Under the pieces are notes generated by a model that saw only the letters and a list, made by a program, of their open reading frames with translations, ran no database searches and was not told where the DNA came from. A stretch of 64,000 nucleotides of DNA. Source: Clostridia bacterium (lineage in GTDB: Bacteria > Bacillota > Clostridia > Oscillospirales > CAG-272). Position numbers and translations under genes: made by a program. Below are positions 19,182-27,548 of the stretch, piece by piece (positions within the stretch are counted from its first letter, which is position 1; each line of letters begins with the position of its first letter). The DNA is taken from assembly GCA_017501225.1 (NCBI GenBank), contig JAFVXH010000019.1, forward strand, positions 266,666-330,665, read 5' to 3'.

Positions 19182-19862
19182 TCAGTCGAGATCCACGTTG
19201 CCCGTGACGTGATAAAGAGCCATTGCAACGATCTTTGCCGTTCCGTCGGGGGACACCTCAACGGTCAAAAATTGCGAACGGACGGAATCACTTCCGACGT
19301 CGCGACGGTAGGTCCCGTCGTTCTGGAAAAATTTATAGTCCAAGCGATAGGTATAGGTGCGTACGTTTCCCTCCCCGGCCACGTAGCTGTACGCATAAAG
19401 CGTCATATCGTAAAGCATCTGGGGAGAAAACGGCTCCTGCGCCCCTTGCTTTTTCAGATAACCGTCGTCAAAGAAGGAATTATAGAGCGTGTGATCGCCG
19501 GCAATGATGCTGCCGAGGAATTGATAGGCAAGCTGTGCGGCGGGATCGAGGGTCTTGTAAAGCTCGTCGTCGATGGGTGTGGTAAGACCGTAGCCATCTC
19601 TGTCCGGGCAATAATGAATCTGCCTGTCAAGCCGCAAATAGGGCTCGTATTCCAGGATGTTTCCCTCGTAGGTGGGATAAAATTCATAATCATACGTAGG
19701 AGGCTCGGGCTTTGTCAGATTCTGAAGCAAAAGCACCGCGCCTGCGACGAGCAACAGCAGGAACAGAATTCCGCAAAAGATCAGGATGATCTGCTTTTGC
19801 ATCTTTTTCTGCCGTTTTTGAAGCGCCTCATAGCTTTGATTCGGTTGCGTCTGCGGTGTCAT
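19182..19862 (-). CDS. Hypothetical membrane-anchored protein
   Basis: Start at ATG 19862 (MTPQTQ...), 7 nt after AAGGAGG. One TM helix (IILIFCGILFLLLLVAGAVLLL) and an extracytoplasmic domain of unknown family. Confidence 0.65.
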   Translation of the reverse strand: MTPQTQPNQSYEALQKRQKKMQKQIILIFCGILFLLLLVAGAVLLLQNLTKPEPPTYDYEFYPTYEGNILEYEPYLRLDRQIHYCPDRDGYGLTTPIDDELYKTLDPAAQLAYQFLGSIIAGDHTLYNSFFDDGYLKKQGAQEPFSPQMLYDMTLYAYSYVAGEGNVRTYTYRLDYKFFQNDGTYRRDVGSDSVRSQFLTVEVSPDGTAKIVAMALYHVTGNVDLD

Positions 19863-19890
19863 AACACACCTCCTTTGCCGTTCTGTCTTT

Positions 19891-19919
19891 ATTCTAACAT
19901 GATTTTCTGATTTTTGCAA
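19891..19919 (-). promoter_or_regulatory. Sigma-A type promoter of the 19182-19862 gene
   Basis: On the minus strand: TTGCAA (19919-19914), 17 nt, TAGAAT (19896-19891). Confidence 0.5.
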
Positions 19920-19991
19920 CCGGAAATCTTATTTTTTGCATGTATTCCATAAAGTTTTTTCCGTACGGGCGCAAAAAAGGCGAAATGACTA

Positions 19992-20020
19992 TTGTAGTTT
20001 GCGCGTTTCTATGCTATAAT
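19992..20020 (+). promoter_or_regulatory. Sigma-A type promoter of the ApgM-like/lepB/rbgA/rnhB unit
   Basis: TTGTAG (19992-19997), 17 nt, TATAAT (20015-20020). About 80-nt leader. Confidence 0.55.
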
Positions 20021-20038
20021 ATAATTTGATTATCTAAT

Positions 20039-20054
20039 ATCCTCGCGCGAGGAT
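20039..20054 (+). promoter_or_regulatory. Perfect 16-bp GC-rich palindrome in the ApgM-like leader
   Basis: ATCCTCGCGCGAGGAT is its own reverse complement. It lies about 20 nt after the -10 box. Confidence 0.4.
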
Positions 20055-20100
20055 GCCTTTGCGCATCGGAACTCTACTCTGAAAGGACTTTCAAAATCAC

Positions 20101-21336
20101 ATGAAATATCTTGTTTTAATTCCGGACGGTATGGCAGACGAAAAAATTGAGGCACTCGGAAACCGCACCCCGATGGAGGCGGCACACAAGCCCGTTATGG
20201 ACCTGCTGGCAAGCAAGTCCCTGGTCGGAACGGTTCTCAACGTTCCGCAGGGTATGGTGCCCGAAAGCGATACCGCAAATATGGCGATTCTTTCCTTCGA
20301 TCCCAAGATCTATTCCAAAGGACGCTCGCCTCTGGAGGCGGTCAGCATGGGGATTGAGATGCTCCCCGACGAAACGGCATACCGCTGCAACGTTGTGACC
20401 CTTTCCGAGGACGAGGAAAGCTACGACGATAAGCACATTCTCGACCACAGCGCGGACGAGATCACCACCGCCGAAGCGGATGAGCTGATCAAAGCGATGG
20501 AAAACGCGTTCGGAAATGAATTCCGCCGTTTTTACACCGGCGTCAGCTACCGTCACTGCCTGATCTGGAAGAACGGTGACGACCGTTATCCCTTTATGCG
20601 CCCTCACGACATTCTCGGAAAGCGCATCGGAGAATATCTTCCCTCCGCGGAAAACGGCGGAAAAGAGTTTTACGATCTGATGCGCGCAAGCTATGATATT
20701 CTCAATCATCATCCCGTCAACGAAGCAAGACGCGCGCGCGGACTCAAGCCCGCAAACTCCATCTGGCTCTGGAGCCCCGGAAAAAAGCCGCAGTTACCCA
20801 ATTTTCAATCGAAATGGGGACTCAAGGCAGCCGTCATTTCCGCGGTCGATCTGATCAAGGGAATCGGTCTTTGCGCGGGAATGACCTCGATCGACGTCCC
20901 CGGCGCGACGGGCAACGTGCATACCAACTACGAGGGCAAGGCGAATGCCGCGATACACGCGTTTGAGGACGGGTTTGATTACGTTTACGTTCACGTAGAA
21001 GCACCCGACGAATGCGGACACCGCGCGGAGCTTGAAAACAAGGTAAAATCCGTCGAGCTGATTGACAAAAAGATCCTTTCCCCTGTCTATGAATACTTAA
21101 AATCCACGGGCGAAGCATTTTCTATCATGGTGTTACCCGATCATCCCACTCCCATTCGTCTGCGTACGCACACAAGCACCCCGGTTCCCTTCTTTATCTA
21201 CCGCTCCGATGAGGAGCGGGACGGAACGCCGCTGTTCTGTGAGGAGCGTGCCGAAGCAAAGAATTTCTATCTTGCCAACGGCTTCGAGCTGATGAATCTG
21301 TTGACGGAAGCTGCAAAAAAGGAGGAATTGCAATGA
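20101..21336 (+). CDS. Cofactor-independent phosphoglycerate mutase family protein, archaeal ApgM type (possible non-orthologous homoserine kinase)
   Basis: 411-aa ORF. MKYLVLIPDGMAD...TPMEAAHKPVMD N-terminus, the metal-binding alkaline-phosphatase superfamily pattern (VHVEAPDECGH) and LPDHPTP are typical of the ApgM family. Confidence 0.82.
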   Translation: MKYLVLIPDGMADEKIEALGNRTPMEAAHKPVMDLLASKSLVGTVLNVPQGMVPESDTANMAILSFDPKIYSKGRSPLEAVSMGIEMLPDETAYRCNVVTLSEDEESYDDKHILDHSADEITTAEADELIKAMENAFGNEFRRFYTGVSYRHCLIWKNGDDRYPFMRPHDILGKRIGEYLPSAENGGKEFYDLMRASYDILNHHPVNEARRARGLKPANSIWLWSPGKKPQLPNFQSKWGLKAAVISAVDLIKGIGLCAGMTSIDVPGATGNVHTNYEGKANAAIHAFEDGFDYVYVHVEAPDECGHRAELENKVKSVELIDKKILSPVYEYLKSTGEAFSIMVLPDHPTPIRLRTHTSTPVPFFIYRSDEERDGTPLFCEERAEAKNFYLANGFELMNLLTEAAKKEELQ

Positions 21337-21995
21337 ATCAGGATCCCTTTTTGTCAAATGAGGATCTTCTTCCCGAGGGAGAGCAGACGATTCCCGAGGA
21401 GCAGCCCCCGAAAAAGAAAAACGCCGCTGCCGCTACGGTCTTTGAGATCCTTGAGATGTTTTCATGGTCGGTGTTTGTGGTGCTCCTTCTCTTTACCTTC
21501 TGTCTGCGCCTGACCAACGTCGAGGGCTCCTCTATGGAAAACACCCTGGACAACGGAGAAAAATTACTGATCTACAGCCTTTGGTACGAGCCGAAGCAAG
21601 ACGATGTCATCGTGTTTCATATGACCAATCCCGAAGCGGGGCTGGAAAAAGCGATCGTCAAGCGCGTCATCGCGACGGGCGGACAGCATCTTCGGATCGA
21701 TTTCGAAAAGCAGGAGATCTACGTGGACGGTGTTCTGTATCCGGATTCTCACGCCGTGCTGAAAAGCCCCCTCGACGGATCCGTTGTGGATTACTATATG
21801 CTGACAGCCAACCATTACTACGACCAGCGACACAACGTGTTTGAAGCGGTTGTACCCGAGGGCACGCTTTTCGTCATGGGAGATAACCGCAACAACTCCT
21901 TGGACAGTCGAAACGCAAGGGTTGGATTTGTAGACGAAAGAAGCGTGCTCGGCAAGGTCTTCCTTCGCGTTTTCCCCTTCACCTTTTTCAAATAA
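21333..21995 (+). CDS. lepB: Signal peptidase I
   Basis: 220-aa ORF with catalytic Ser box GSSMENTL, Lys box KRVIATGG and GDNRNNSLDSR. Overlaps the upstream gene by 4 nt. Confidence 0.93.
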   Translation: MNQDPFLSNEDLLPEGEQTIPEEQPPKKKNAAAATVFEILEMFSWSVFVVLLLFTFCLRLTNVEGSSMENTLDNGEKLLIYSLWYEPKQDDVIVFHMTNPEAGLEKAIVKRVIATGGQHLRIDFEKQEIYVDGVLYPDSHAVLKSPLDGSVVDYYMLTANHYYDQRHNVFEAVVPEGTLFVMGDNRNNSLDSRNARVGFVDERSVLGKVFLRVFPFTFFK

Positions 21996-22022
21996 ACCGT
22001 CTGACGAAAGGAGGCAACCCGA

Positions 22023-22904
22023 ATGCCGTCTGAAACCATACAGTGGTTCCCGGGGCATATGGCGAAAACCCGCCGTATGATCTCGGAAAACATCAAAAAC
22101 GTTGATATCATCATTGAAATTCTGGATGCTCGCATCCCGTACAGCTCCCGCAATCCCGAAATCGCAAGACTGACGGAGTCCAAGCCTACCCTTTTGCTTT
22201 TGAACAAGGCTTCCTTGGCGGATCCCAATCAGAACGCGCTTTGGGTTCAGCGCCTGACGAACGAAAATACAATTTGTATTCTGACCGACTGCGTCACGGG
22301 TCAAGGGCTGAATCAATTGCAGCCTGCCATTCGCAAGATCCTTTCCGAAAAGCTGAAAAAATACGAGGACAAGGGTATGACGCGACGCATCCGCGCAATG
22401 GTGCTGGGCATTCCAAACGTTGGAAAATCCTCCTTGATCAATAAGATCTGCGGCAACAAAAAGACGCGTGTAGAGGATCGCCCAGGTGTTACCGTTGACA
22501 AGCAGTGGGTGCCGACCTCGATCGGTGTCGATCTTCTGGATATGCCCGGTATTCTTTGGCCAAAATTCGAGGAAAAGCGCGTGGGCGAGAATCTTGCCCT
22601 GACCGGTGCGATCCGCGACGGAATCTTAGATCTGGAATCCTTGGCGGTAGCGCTTTGCAAGCGTTTGCGCTTGCTCTACCCCGATCTGCTCTCCGCGCGC
22701 TACAAGCTGGGAGATATGAAGGCGTATGAGGAGCTGAGCGATTACGATCTGTTCCTCACCATTGGTAAAAAGCGCGGCTTTTTGATCAGCGGTGGCGAAA
22801 TCAATACCGAAAGAACCGCCATCACGCTTCTGGACGAATTCCGCGGCTCCAAGATCGGTCGCATCACGCTTGACCGATACGCAAAGGAGGAGCTCCATGC
22901 TTGA
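22023..22904 (+). CDS. rbgA: Ribosome biogenesis GTPase A (YlqF/RbgA)
   Basis: 293-aa ORF with WFPGHMAK and circularly permuted G motifs (LNKASL ... GIPNVGKSSLIN ... DMPG). Confidence 0.93.
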   Translation: MPSETIQWFPGHMAKTRRMISENIKNVDIIIEILDARIPYSSRNPEIARLTESKPTLLLLNKASLADPNQNALWVQRLTNENTICILTDCVTGQGLNQLQPAIRKILSEKLKKYEDKGMTRRIRAMVLGIPNVGKSSLINKICGNKKTRVEDRPGVTVDKQWVPTSIGVDLLDMPGILWPKFEEKRVGENLALTGAIRDGILDLESLAVALCKRLRLLYPDLLSARYKLGDMKAYEELSDYDLFLTIGKKRGFLISGGEINTERTAITLLDEFRGSKIGRITLDRYAKEELHA

Positions 22905-23505
22905 ATACAGCCTTGAAGAGGAGCTCCACTTGCTTGGCTACAGCACCGTTTGCGGTGTGGACGAGGCAGGACGCGGACCTCTGTGCGGCCCCGTATTTGC
23001 CGCCGCCTGCATTCTTCCCGACGGATTGGTTCTGGAGGGCCTGAACGATTCAAAAAAGCTCACGCCCAAAAAGAGAGATCTTCTGTTTGACCTGATTCAG
23101 AAGGAAGCCATCGCTTATTCCATTGCGCAGGCATCCGTTGAGGAGATCAACGAGCTGAATATTCTGGAGGCAACCCTGCTCGCCATGCGTCGCGCCATCG
23201 ACGGACTTTCCGTCCCCGCGGAATTCGCACTGATCGACGGAAATATCAACCGTGATTTCCAAATTCCCGCAAGAGCGGTGATCGGCGGAGATGCCAAGAG
23301 CCCGAGCATTGCGGCTGCATCCATTCTTGCCAAGGTCGCGCGTGACCGCGACTGCTTGGAGCTTGATCGGCTCTATCCGCAATATGGGATCGCAAAGCAC
23401 AAGGGATACGGCACAAAGGTACATATGGAGGCTTTGAAGCAATACGGTCCCTCCCCCATTCACAGAACCAAGTTCATCCGTTTTTTGGATGATGATCAGT
23501 CATGA
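22897..23505 (+). CDS. rnhB: Ribonuclease HII
   Basis: Start at ATG 22897 (MLEYSLEEE...) after AAGGAGG; the track start 22792 lies inside rbgA. Motifs GVDEAGRGPLCGPV, DSKKL, HKGYG. Confidence 0.93.
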   Translation: MLEYSLEEELHLLGYSTVCGVDEAGRGPLCGPVFAAACILPDGLVLEGLNDSKKLTPKKRDLLFDLIQKEAIAYSIAQASVEEINELNILEATLLAMRRAIDGLSVPAEFALIDGNINRDFQIPARAVIGGDAKSPSIAAASILAKVARDRDCLELDRLYPQYGIAKHKGYGTKVHMEALKQYGPSPIHRTKFIRFLDDDQS

Positions 23506-23891
23506 GCTACACCGCAAAGCAAATCGGAGATCTTGGCGAAGGGCACGCCGTACACTATCTGCGTCTGCGCGGATATACTGTAAAGGAACGAAACTGGCGT
23601 GCGGGAAAATATGAAATCGATATCATTGCCGCAACCCTGTTTGACATCGCGTTTGTCGAGGTCAAAACCCGATGCTACACCAAGGACGAAATTGCGCTTC
23701 TTCCGCCTCCCGGCATTGCTGTGGATGCAGAAAAGCAGCGTTTTACCCGCTCTGCGGCTCTGAGCTATCTTCGCAAGCACCCCACCAAAAAGCAACCGCG
23801 CATGGACGTCATCGAGGTCTGGCTCATCGAGCAACCGAACGGCAAAAAGCCAAAGCTTTACAAGATCAATCACATGCGTGCCGCATACTGA
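23502..23891 (+). CDS. yraN: YraN family (UPF0102) endonuclease-like protein
   Basis: 129-aa ORF. GEGHAVHYLRLRGYTVKERNWR...EIDIIA...AFVEVKTR is typical of UPF0102. The rnhB-yraN adjacency is conserved. Confidence 0.88.
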   Translation: MSYTAKQIGDLGEGHAVHYLRLRGYTVKERNWRAGKYEIDIIAATLFDIAFVEVKTRCYTKDEIALLPPPGIAVDAEKQRFTRSAALSYLRKHPTKKQPRMDVIEVWLIEQPNGKKPKLYKINHMRAAY

Positions 23892-23908
23892 AAAAAGGAG
23901 AACCTTCG

Positions 23909-24835
23909 ATGAAGCTTTCCGTTTTTGATTTTCACTGTGACACCGCGGGCGAAATGCTTCGATCCAATCAGTCCCTGACACACAACAGCCTCGCGGTTTC
24001 CTTGGCACAGGCAACACAATTTGAACACTACGTGCAGGTGATGGCGCACTGGATCGATCATCGCTTGGACGATCAAGCGGGCTGGGAGCATCTTCTCTCG
24101 ATGCATCAAAATCTTTTGTCCGACGCTGCCCTGCAAAACGGGGATGCCGTTCTTTGCACCGCCTGCCCCGATTTGAGCGTACACACCTCCCTTCTGCTTT
24201 CCTTGGAGGACGCACGCGTTCTGGACGGACACATCGAACGCGTCGATCAGCTGTTCCGGATGGGCTTTCGCCTGATCACACCGCTTTGGAGGGGGCTTAC
24301 CTGCATCGGTGGCTCGCATGACACGGATCAAGGATTGACCGCCTTTGGCAAAGCCGCGCTGACGCGCGCATTACGGCTCGGTATGATCCTGGACGTTTCC
24401 CACGCGTCGGTCGAATCTGCCGCAGATATCTTCGAGCTTTCCGGAGCCGAACGCCGTCCCGTGATCGCCTCGCATTCCAATGCGTACGAGATCTGCCCCG
24501 TTTCCCGCAACTTAAGAAAGGATCAGATACAATCCATTATCGAAAGCGACGGAATCATCGGACTCAATTTCTGTCAGGACTTTCTAAGGCTTGGCGGGAA
24601 CGCGAAGTTTGCCGACGTTTTTCCTCACATTGATTATTTCCTCGAGCAAGGCGCATCACACGCACTGTGTCTTGGCGGTGATATGGACGGATGCGAGCTT
24701 CCCTCGGATCTTCCCACCCTGTCCGCACTTGCCGAGCTTTCCGAGCAGATGCTCTCGCACAATTACAGCGAAGCTTTGGTAAAAGCGATCTTCTTTGACA
24801 ATGCGTATGCCTTTTCAAGGAAGCATCTTTCCTAA
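23909..24835 (+). CDS. Membrane (renal-type) dipeptidase, peptidase family M19
   Basis: Start at ATG 23909 after AAAGGAG; the track start 23672 lies inside yraN. Motifs FDFHCD, DVSHAS, ASHSNAYEICPVSRNL. Confidence 0.82.
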   Translation: MKLSVFDFHCDTAGEMLRSNQSLTHNSLAVSLAQATQFEHYVQVMAHWIDHRLDDQAGWEHLLSMHQNLLSDAALQNGDAVLCTACPDLSVHTSLLLSLEDARVLDGHIERVDQLFRMGFRLITPLWRGLTCIGGSHDTDQGLTAFGKAALTRALRLGMILDVSHASVESAADIFELSGAERRPVIASHSNAYEICPVSRNLRKDQIQSIIESDGIIGLNFCQDFLRLGGNAKFADVFPHIDYFLEQGASHALCLGGDMDGCELPSDLPTLSALAELSEQMLSHNYSEALVKAIFFDNAYAFSRKHLS

Positions 24836-24879
24836 ATCAATTTTGCACGGATTTCTTCATACATAGAAAGGACACCGAT

Positions 24880-26367
24880 ATGTTTTACAAAAGCACAAGA
24901 AGTCAAGAAAACGCAAACGCGACTGCCGCACAGGTAATCAAGCAAGGACTTGCCGCTGACGGAGGACTTTTCGTTCCCGAAAGCATCCCAACCTTAACGC
25001 TCGGTGAGATCTCCGAGCTTTGTAAGGACGCATATCCGATACGCGCCGCAAAGATCCTTTCCAAATTCCTGGACGATTATACCTATGAGGAGCTACTCGC
25101 GGATTGCTCCGAGGCATATGCGGAATCCTCCTTCGTTGGAGGCAGCGCACCACTTGTCAAGGTATTTGACAACGTCTATTCCATGGAGCTCTGGCATGGA
25201 CCGACCGCAGCCTTTAAGGATATGGCACTTCAGATCATGCCCCGTCTGCTCTCTCGCGCGCTCGTCAAGACGGGTGAGGATCGCACGGCATTGATCCTGG
25301 TTGCCACCTCCGGAGATACCGGCAAGGCGGCTCTGGAGGGATATCGCGACGTTCCGCGTGTCAAAATCATGGTATTTTATCCCGTGGACGGTGTCAGCCA
25401 CGTGCAAAAGCTTCAAATGGCTTCGCAAACGGGCAACAACGTCAACGTATGTGCCATCCGCGGAAACTTTGACGATGCACAAAACGGCGTCAAGGAGATC
25501 TTCGGAAATGATGCGATGAGTCAGACCCTGGATGAGAACGGATTTTTCTTCTCCAGCGCGAATTCCATCAACTGGGGACGCCTTGCACCGCAGATCGTAT
25601 ATTACGTTTCCGCTTATTGCGATCTGATCGCAAGCGGAGCGTGCAAGTTGGGCGAGTGCTTCAACGTTTGCGTTCCCACCGGAAACTTCGGTAATATCTT
25701 CGCAGGCTTCTTAGCAAAGCAGATGGGACTTCCCATCGGCAAATTCGTCTGTGCCTCCAACGCAAACAACATCCTGACCGATTTCCTGCGTACCGGCGTT
25801 TACGACCGCAACCGTGACTTCTACCTGACGATGTCCCCCTCTATGGACATTCTGATTTCGAGCAATCTGGAGCGTTTGCTCTACTTTGTGGCGGGAAGTG
25901 AAAAGACCGCTATGTGGATGAAATCGCTCAAGGAAACCGGCAAGTACGGGATCGATGCCGAAACGCTTGCAAAAATTCAGGAAAACTTTGTCGGTTGCTT
26001 TGCGGATGAAACAGCGACCGCTGCCACCATTCGCTCCGTTTATACGGAAAACGGCTATTTGATCGATCCCCACACTGCCGTTGCAATGTACTCCGCAAAG
26101 GATTATATCCAAAGCTCGGACGACACCCGTCCCATGGTCGTGGATTCCACCGCAAGCCCGTATAAGTTTGCAAATAACGTCTATCGCGCAATCACGCAGA
26201 AGGAGCCCTCGTCCGATATCGGTGCTCTTGTTGAGCTTTCCGAGCTGACGAATACCGAGATTCCTTATCCGCTTGCGGATCTTGAGAAGCGTAAGATCAA
26301 TTTCAACACCGTCATCGACCGCCGGGATATGGCAAACGCGGTGCTGGAATACCTGAATATTCGCTAA
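24880..26367 (+). CDS. thrC: Threonine synthase (long form)
   Basis: 495-aa ORF with MFYKSTRS N-terminus, PLP-lysine context GPTAAFKDMALQ, and TSGDTG. Confidence 0.95.
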   Translation: MFYKSTRSQENANATAAQVIKQGLAADGGLFVPESIPTLTLGEISELCKDAYPIRAAKILSKFLDDYTYEELLADCSEAYAESSFVGGSAPLVKVFDNVYSMELWHGPTAAFKDMALQIMPRLLSRALVKTGEDRTALILVATSGDTGKAALEGYRDVPRVKIMVFYPVDGVSHVQKLQMASQTGNNVNVCAIRGNFDDAQNGVKEIFGNDAMSQTLDENGFFFSSANSINWGRLAPQIVYYVSAYCDLIASGACKLGECFNVCVPTGNFGNIFAGFLAKQMGLPIGKFVCASNANNILTDFLRTGVYDRNRDFYLTMSPSMDILISSNLERLLYFVAGSEKTAMWMKSLKETGKYGIDAETLAKIQENFVGCFADETATAATIRSVYTENGYLIDPHTAVAMYSAKDYIQSSDDTRPMVVDSTASPYKFANNVYRAITQKEPSSDIGALVELSELTNTEIPYPLADLEKRKINFNTVIDRRDMANAVLEYLNIR

Positions 26368-26373
26368 GGCATC

Positions 26374-26407
26374 AAAAAGCGGCACTGCCACAATGTGGCA
26401 ATGCCGC
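26374..26407. terminator. Hairpin terminator shared by thrC (+) and the DUF1540 gene (-)
   Basis: GCGGCACTGCCACA (26379-26392) pairs with TGTGGCAATGCCGC (26394-26407), one mismatch. The U-tract is on the minus strand only (plus AAAAA, 26374-26378). Confidence 0.6.
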
Positions 26408-26422
26408 ACGATGCCTATTGCA

Positions 26423-26599
26423 TCAAAGATCCTTGGGCTTAAAGGTTGCGCAAAGCGTTTGCGCGGAGCTGTCAGCGCTGTGAGGTCCTACCGCGATCTC
26501 GCTTGCGGTGCAATAGGTTTCACAGTCGTGATAGTAGCAGTTCTGTACGTTGCACTTGATGCCCTTAATGTGCTTGCAACACTCTTTTTTGTTCTCCAT
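26423..26599 (-). CDS. DUF1540-like small cysteine-rich protein (58 aa)
   Basis: Below the ORF-track length cutoff. Minus-strand ATG 26599 after AAGAGGGGA gives MENKKECCKHIKGIKCNVQNCYYHDCETYCTASEIAVGPHSADSSAQTLCATFKPKDL, which is the DUF1540 Cys pattern. The listed + ORF 26393..26617 is its shadow. Confidence 0.75.
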   Translation of the reverse strand: MENKKECCKHIKGIKCNVQNCYYHDCETYCTASEIAVGPHSADSSAQTLCATFKPKDL

Positions 26600-26628
26600 G
26601 GTTTTATCCCCTCTTAGTTATGATTGAA

Positions 26629-26650
26629 GTGAAAAGATCGCTCTTTTCAC
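26629..26650. promoter_or_regulatory. Perfect 9-bp inverted repeat in the divergent DUF1540/phosphoesterase intergenic region
   Basis: GTGAAAAGA-TCGC-TCTTTTCAC. Candidate operator or 5'-UTR hairpin. Confidence 0.35.
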
Positions 26651-26706
26651 CACTTTAGTCTTTCCGACAAGACCTGTGATTATTCTGATTGAAAGGAATC
26701 CGGCAA

Positions 26707-27435
26707 ATGTCTGTTTTTGTCTTAGCGGATCTGCATCTTTCCTCGGACGGAAGCAAATCCATGGATATCTTTGGTCCTCGGTGGTGCGATTATATGAAAA
26801 AAATTGAAAAAAACTGGCGCGCGGCGGTAACCGATCAGGACACCGTCATCCTGCCGGGCGACATCTCCTGGAGTCTAAAGCTTGAGGATGCGGTGGAGGA
26901 TTTCCGTTTTCTCAATTCCCTCCCGGGACAGAAGCTGATCGGCAAGGGCAATCACGATTTCTGGTGGTCGACGCTTTCCAAATTGAATGCGTTTTTAGAG
27001 GCGCATCACTTCTCAAACATCCGGTTTCTCTATAACAACGCATACGAGCTTGAGAACATGATCGTCTGCGGCACGAGAGGCTGGTTTTTGGAGGAGGAGC
27101 AGCAAAACACAACGGACGAGGTGGATTACGCAAAGATCCTCAACCGCGAGGTCCTTCGTCTTCGGATGAGTCTGGAGGAAGCGAAAAAGCTTCAAAGGTC
27201 CGATGAAGAACCAAAGCCCATTCTCGTATTTCTGCACTTCCCTCCCGTATGGAGCAGCTTCGTTTGCGAGGAATTTGTATCGATTCTTAAGGAATACGGC
27301 GTCAAAACCTGTTATTTCGGACATATTCACGGCGCATATTACGCGCCGGGTGTCACCGAATACGAGGGCATCCGCTTTATTTTGTGCGCGGCGGATTATC
27401 TGAATTTCACACCGATCCCGGTAACGCCTTGCTGA
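26707..27435 (+). CDS. Metallophosphoesterase (calcineurin-like phosphoesterase)
   Basis: Start at ATG 26707 (MSVFVLADLHL) after GAAAGGAA. Motifs ADLHL, PGDISW, GNHDFWW, LHFPP, GHIHG. Confidence 0.85.
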   Translation: MSVFVLADLHLSSDGSKSMDIFGPRWCDYMKKIEKNWRAAVTDQDTVILPGDISWSLKLEDAVEDFRFLNSLPGQKLIGKGNHDFWWSTLSKLNAFLEAHHFSNIRFLYNNAYELENMIVCGTRGWFLEEEQQNTTDEVDYAKILNREVLRLRMSLEEAKKLQRSDEEPKPILVFLHFPPVWSSFVCEEFVSILKEYGVKTCYFGHIHGAYYAPGVTEYEGIRFILCAADYLNFTPIPVTPC

Positions 27436-27468
27436 ATTTGGAAATCTTACCAAAATTTCAAAAATAGG

Positions 27469-27497
27469 TTGACAAAAAGAAGAAAAAATTATATAAT
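27469..27497 (+). promoter_or_regulatory. Consensus sigma-A promoter of tig
   Basis: TTGACA (27469-27474), 17 nt, TATAAT (27492-27497). Confidence 0.65.
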
Positions 27498-27548
27498 ATA
27501 TTTTGTATGTAAAATATTACTTCATCAAAAGTTCTGGAGGACACAAAA

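Noticed and set aside
23672-23908. Long N-terminal extensions implied by the track's first in-frame start. Cases are dipeptidase 23672, MutS-like 31843, ABC-F 53077, rnhB 22792, addB 4542, rlmA-like 1316, topB 40605, dac 43924 and proB 53201.
   Set aside because: The extensions overlap the preceding gene or a promoter region and lack RBSs. Internal ATG/TTG codons with AGGAGG-like RBSs coincide with the conserved family N-termini.
24836-24879. Search for T-box, leader-peptide or riboswitch control upstream of thrC, proBA, the MATE pump and the ABC importer.
   Set aside because: The upstream spacers are too short (44 nt for thrC) or contain only a promoter and RBS. No specifier/T-box, TPP, guanidine or fluoride core sequences were visible.
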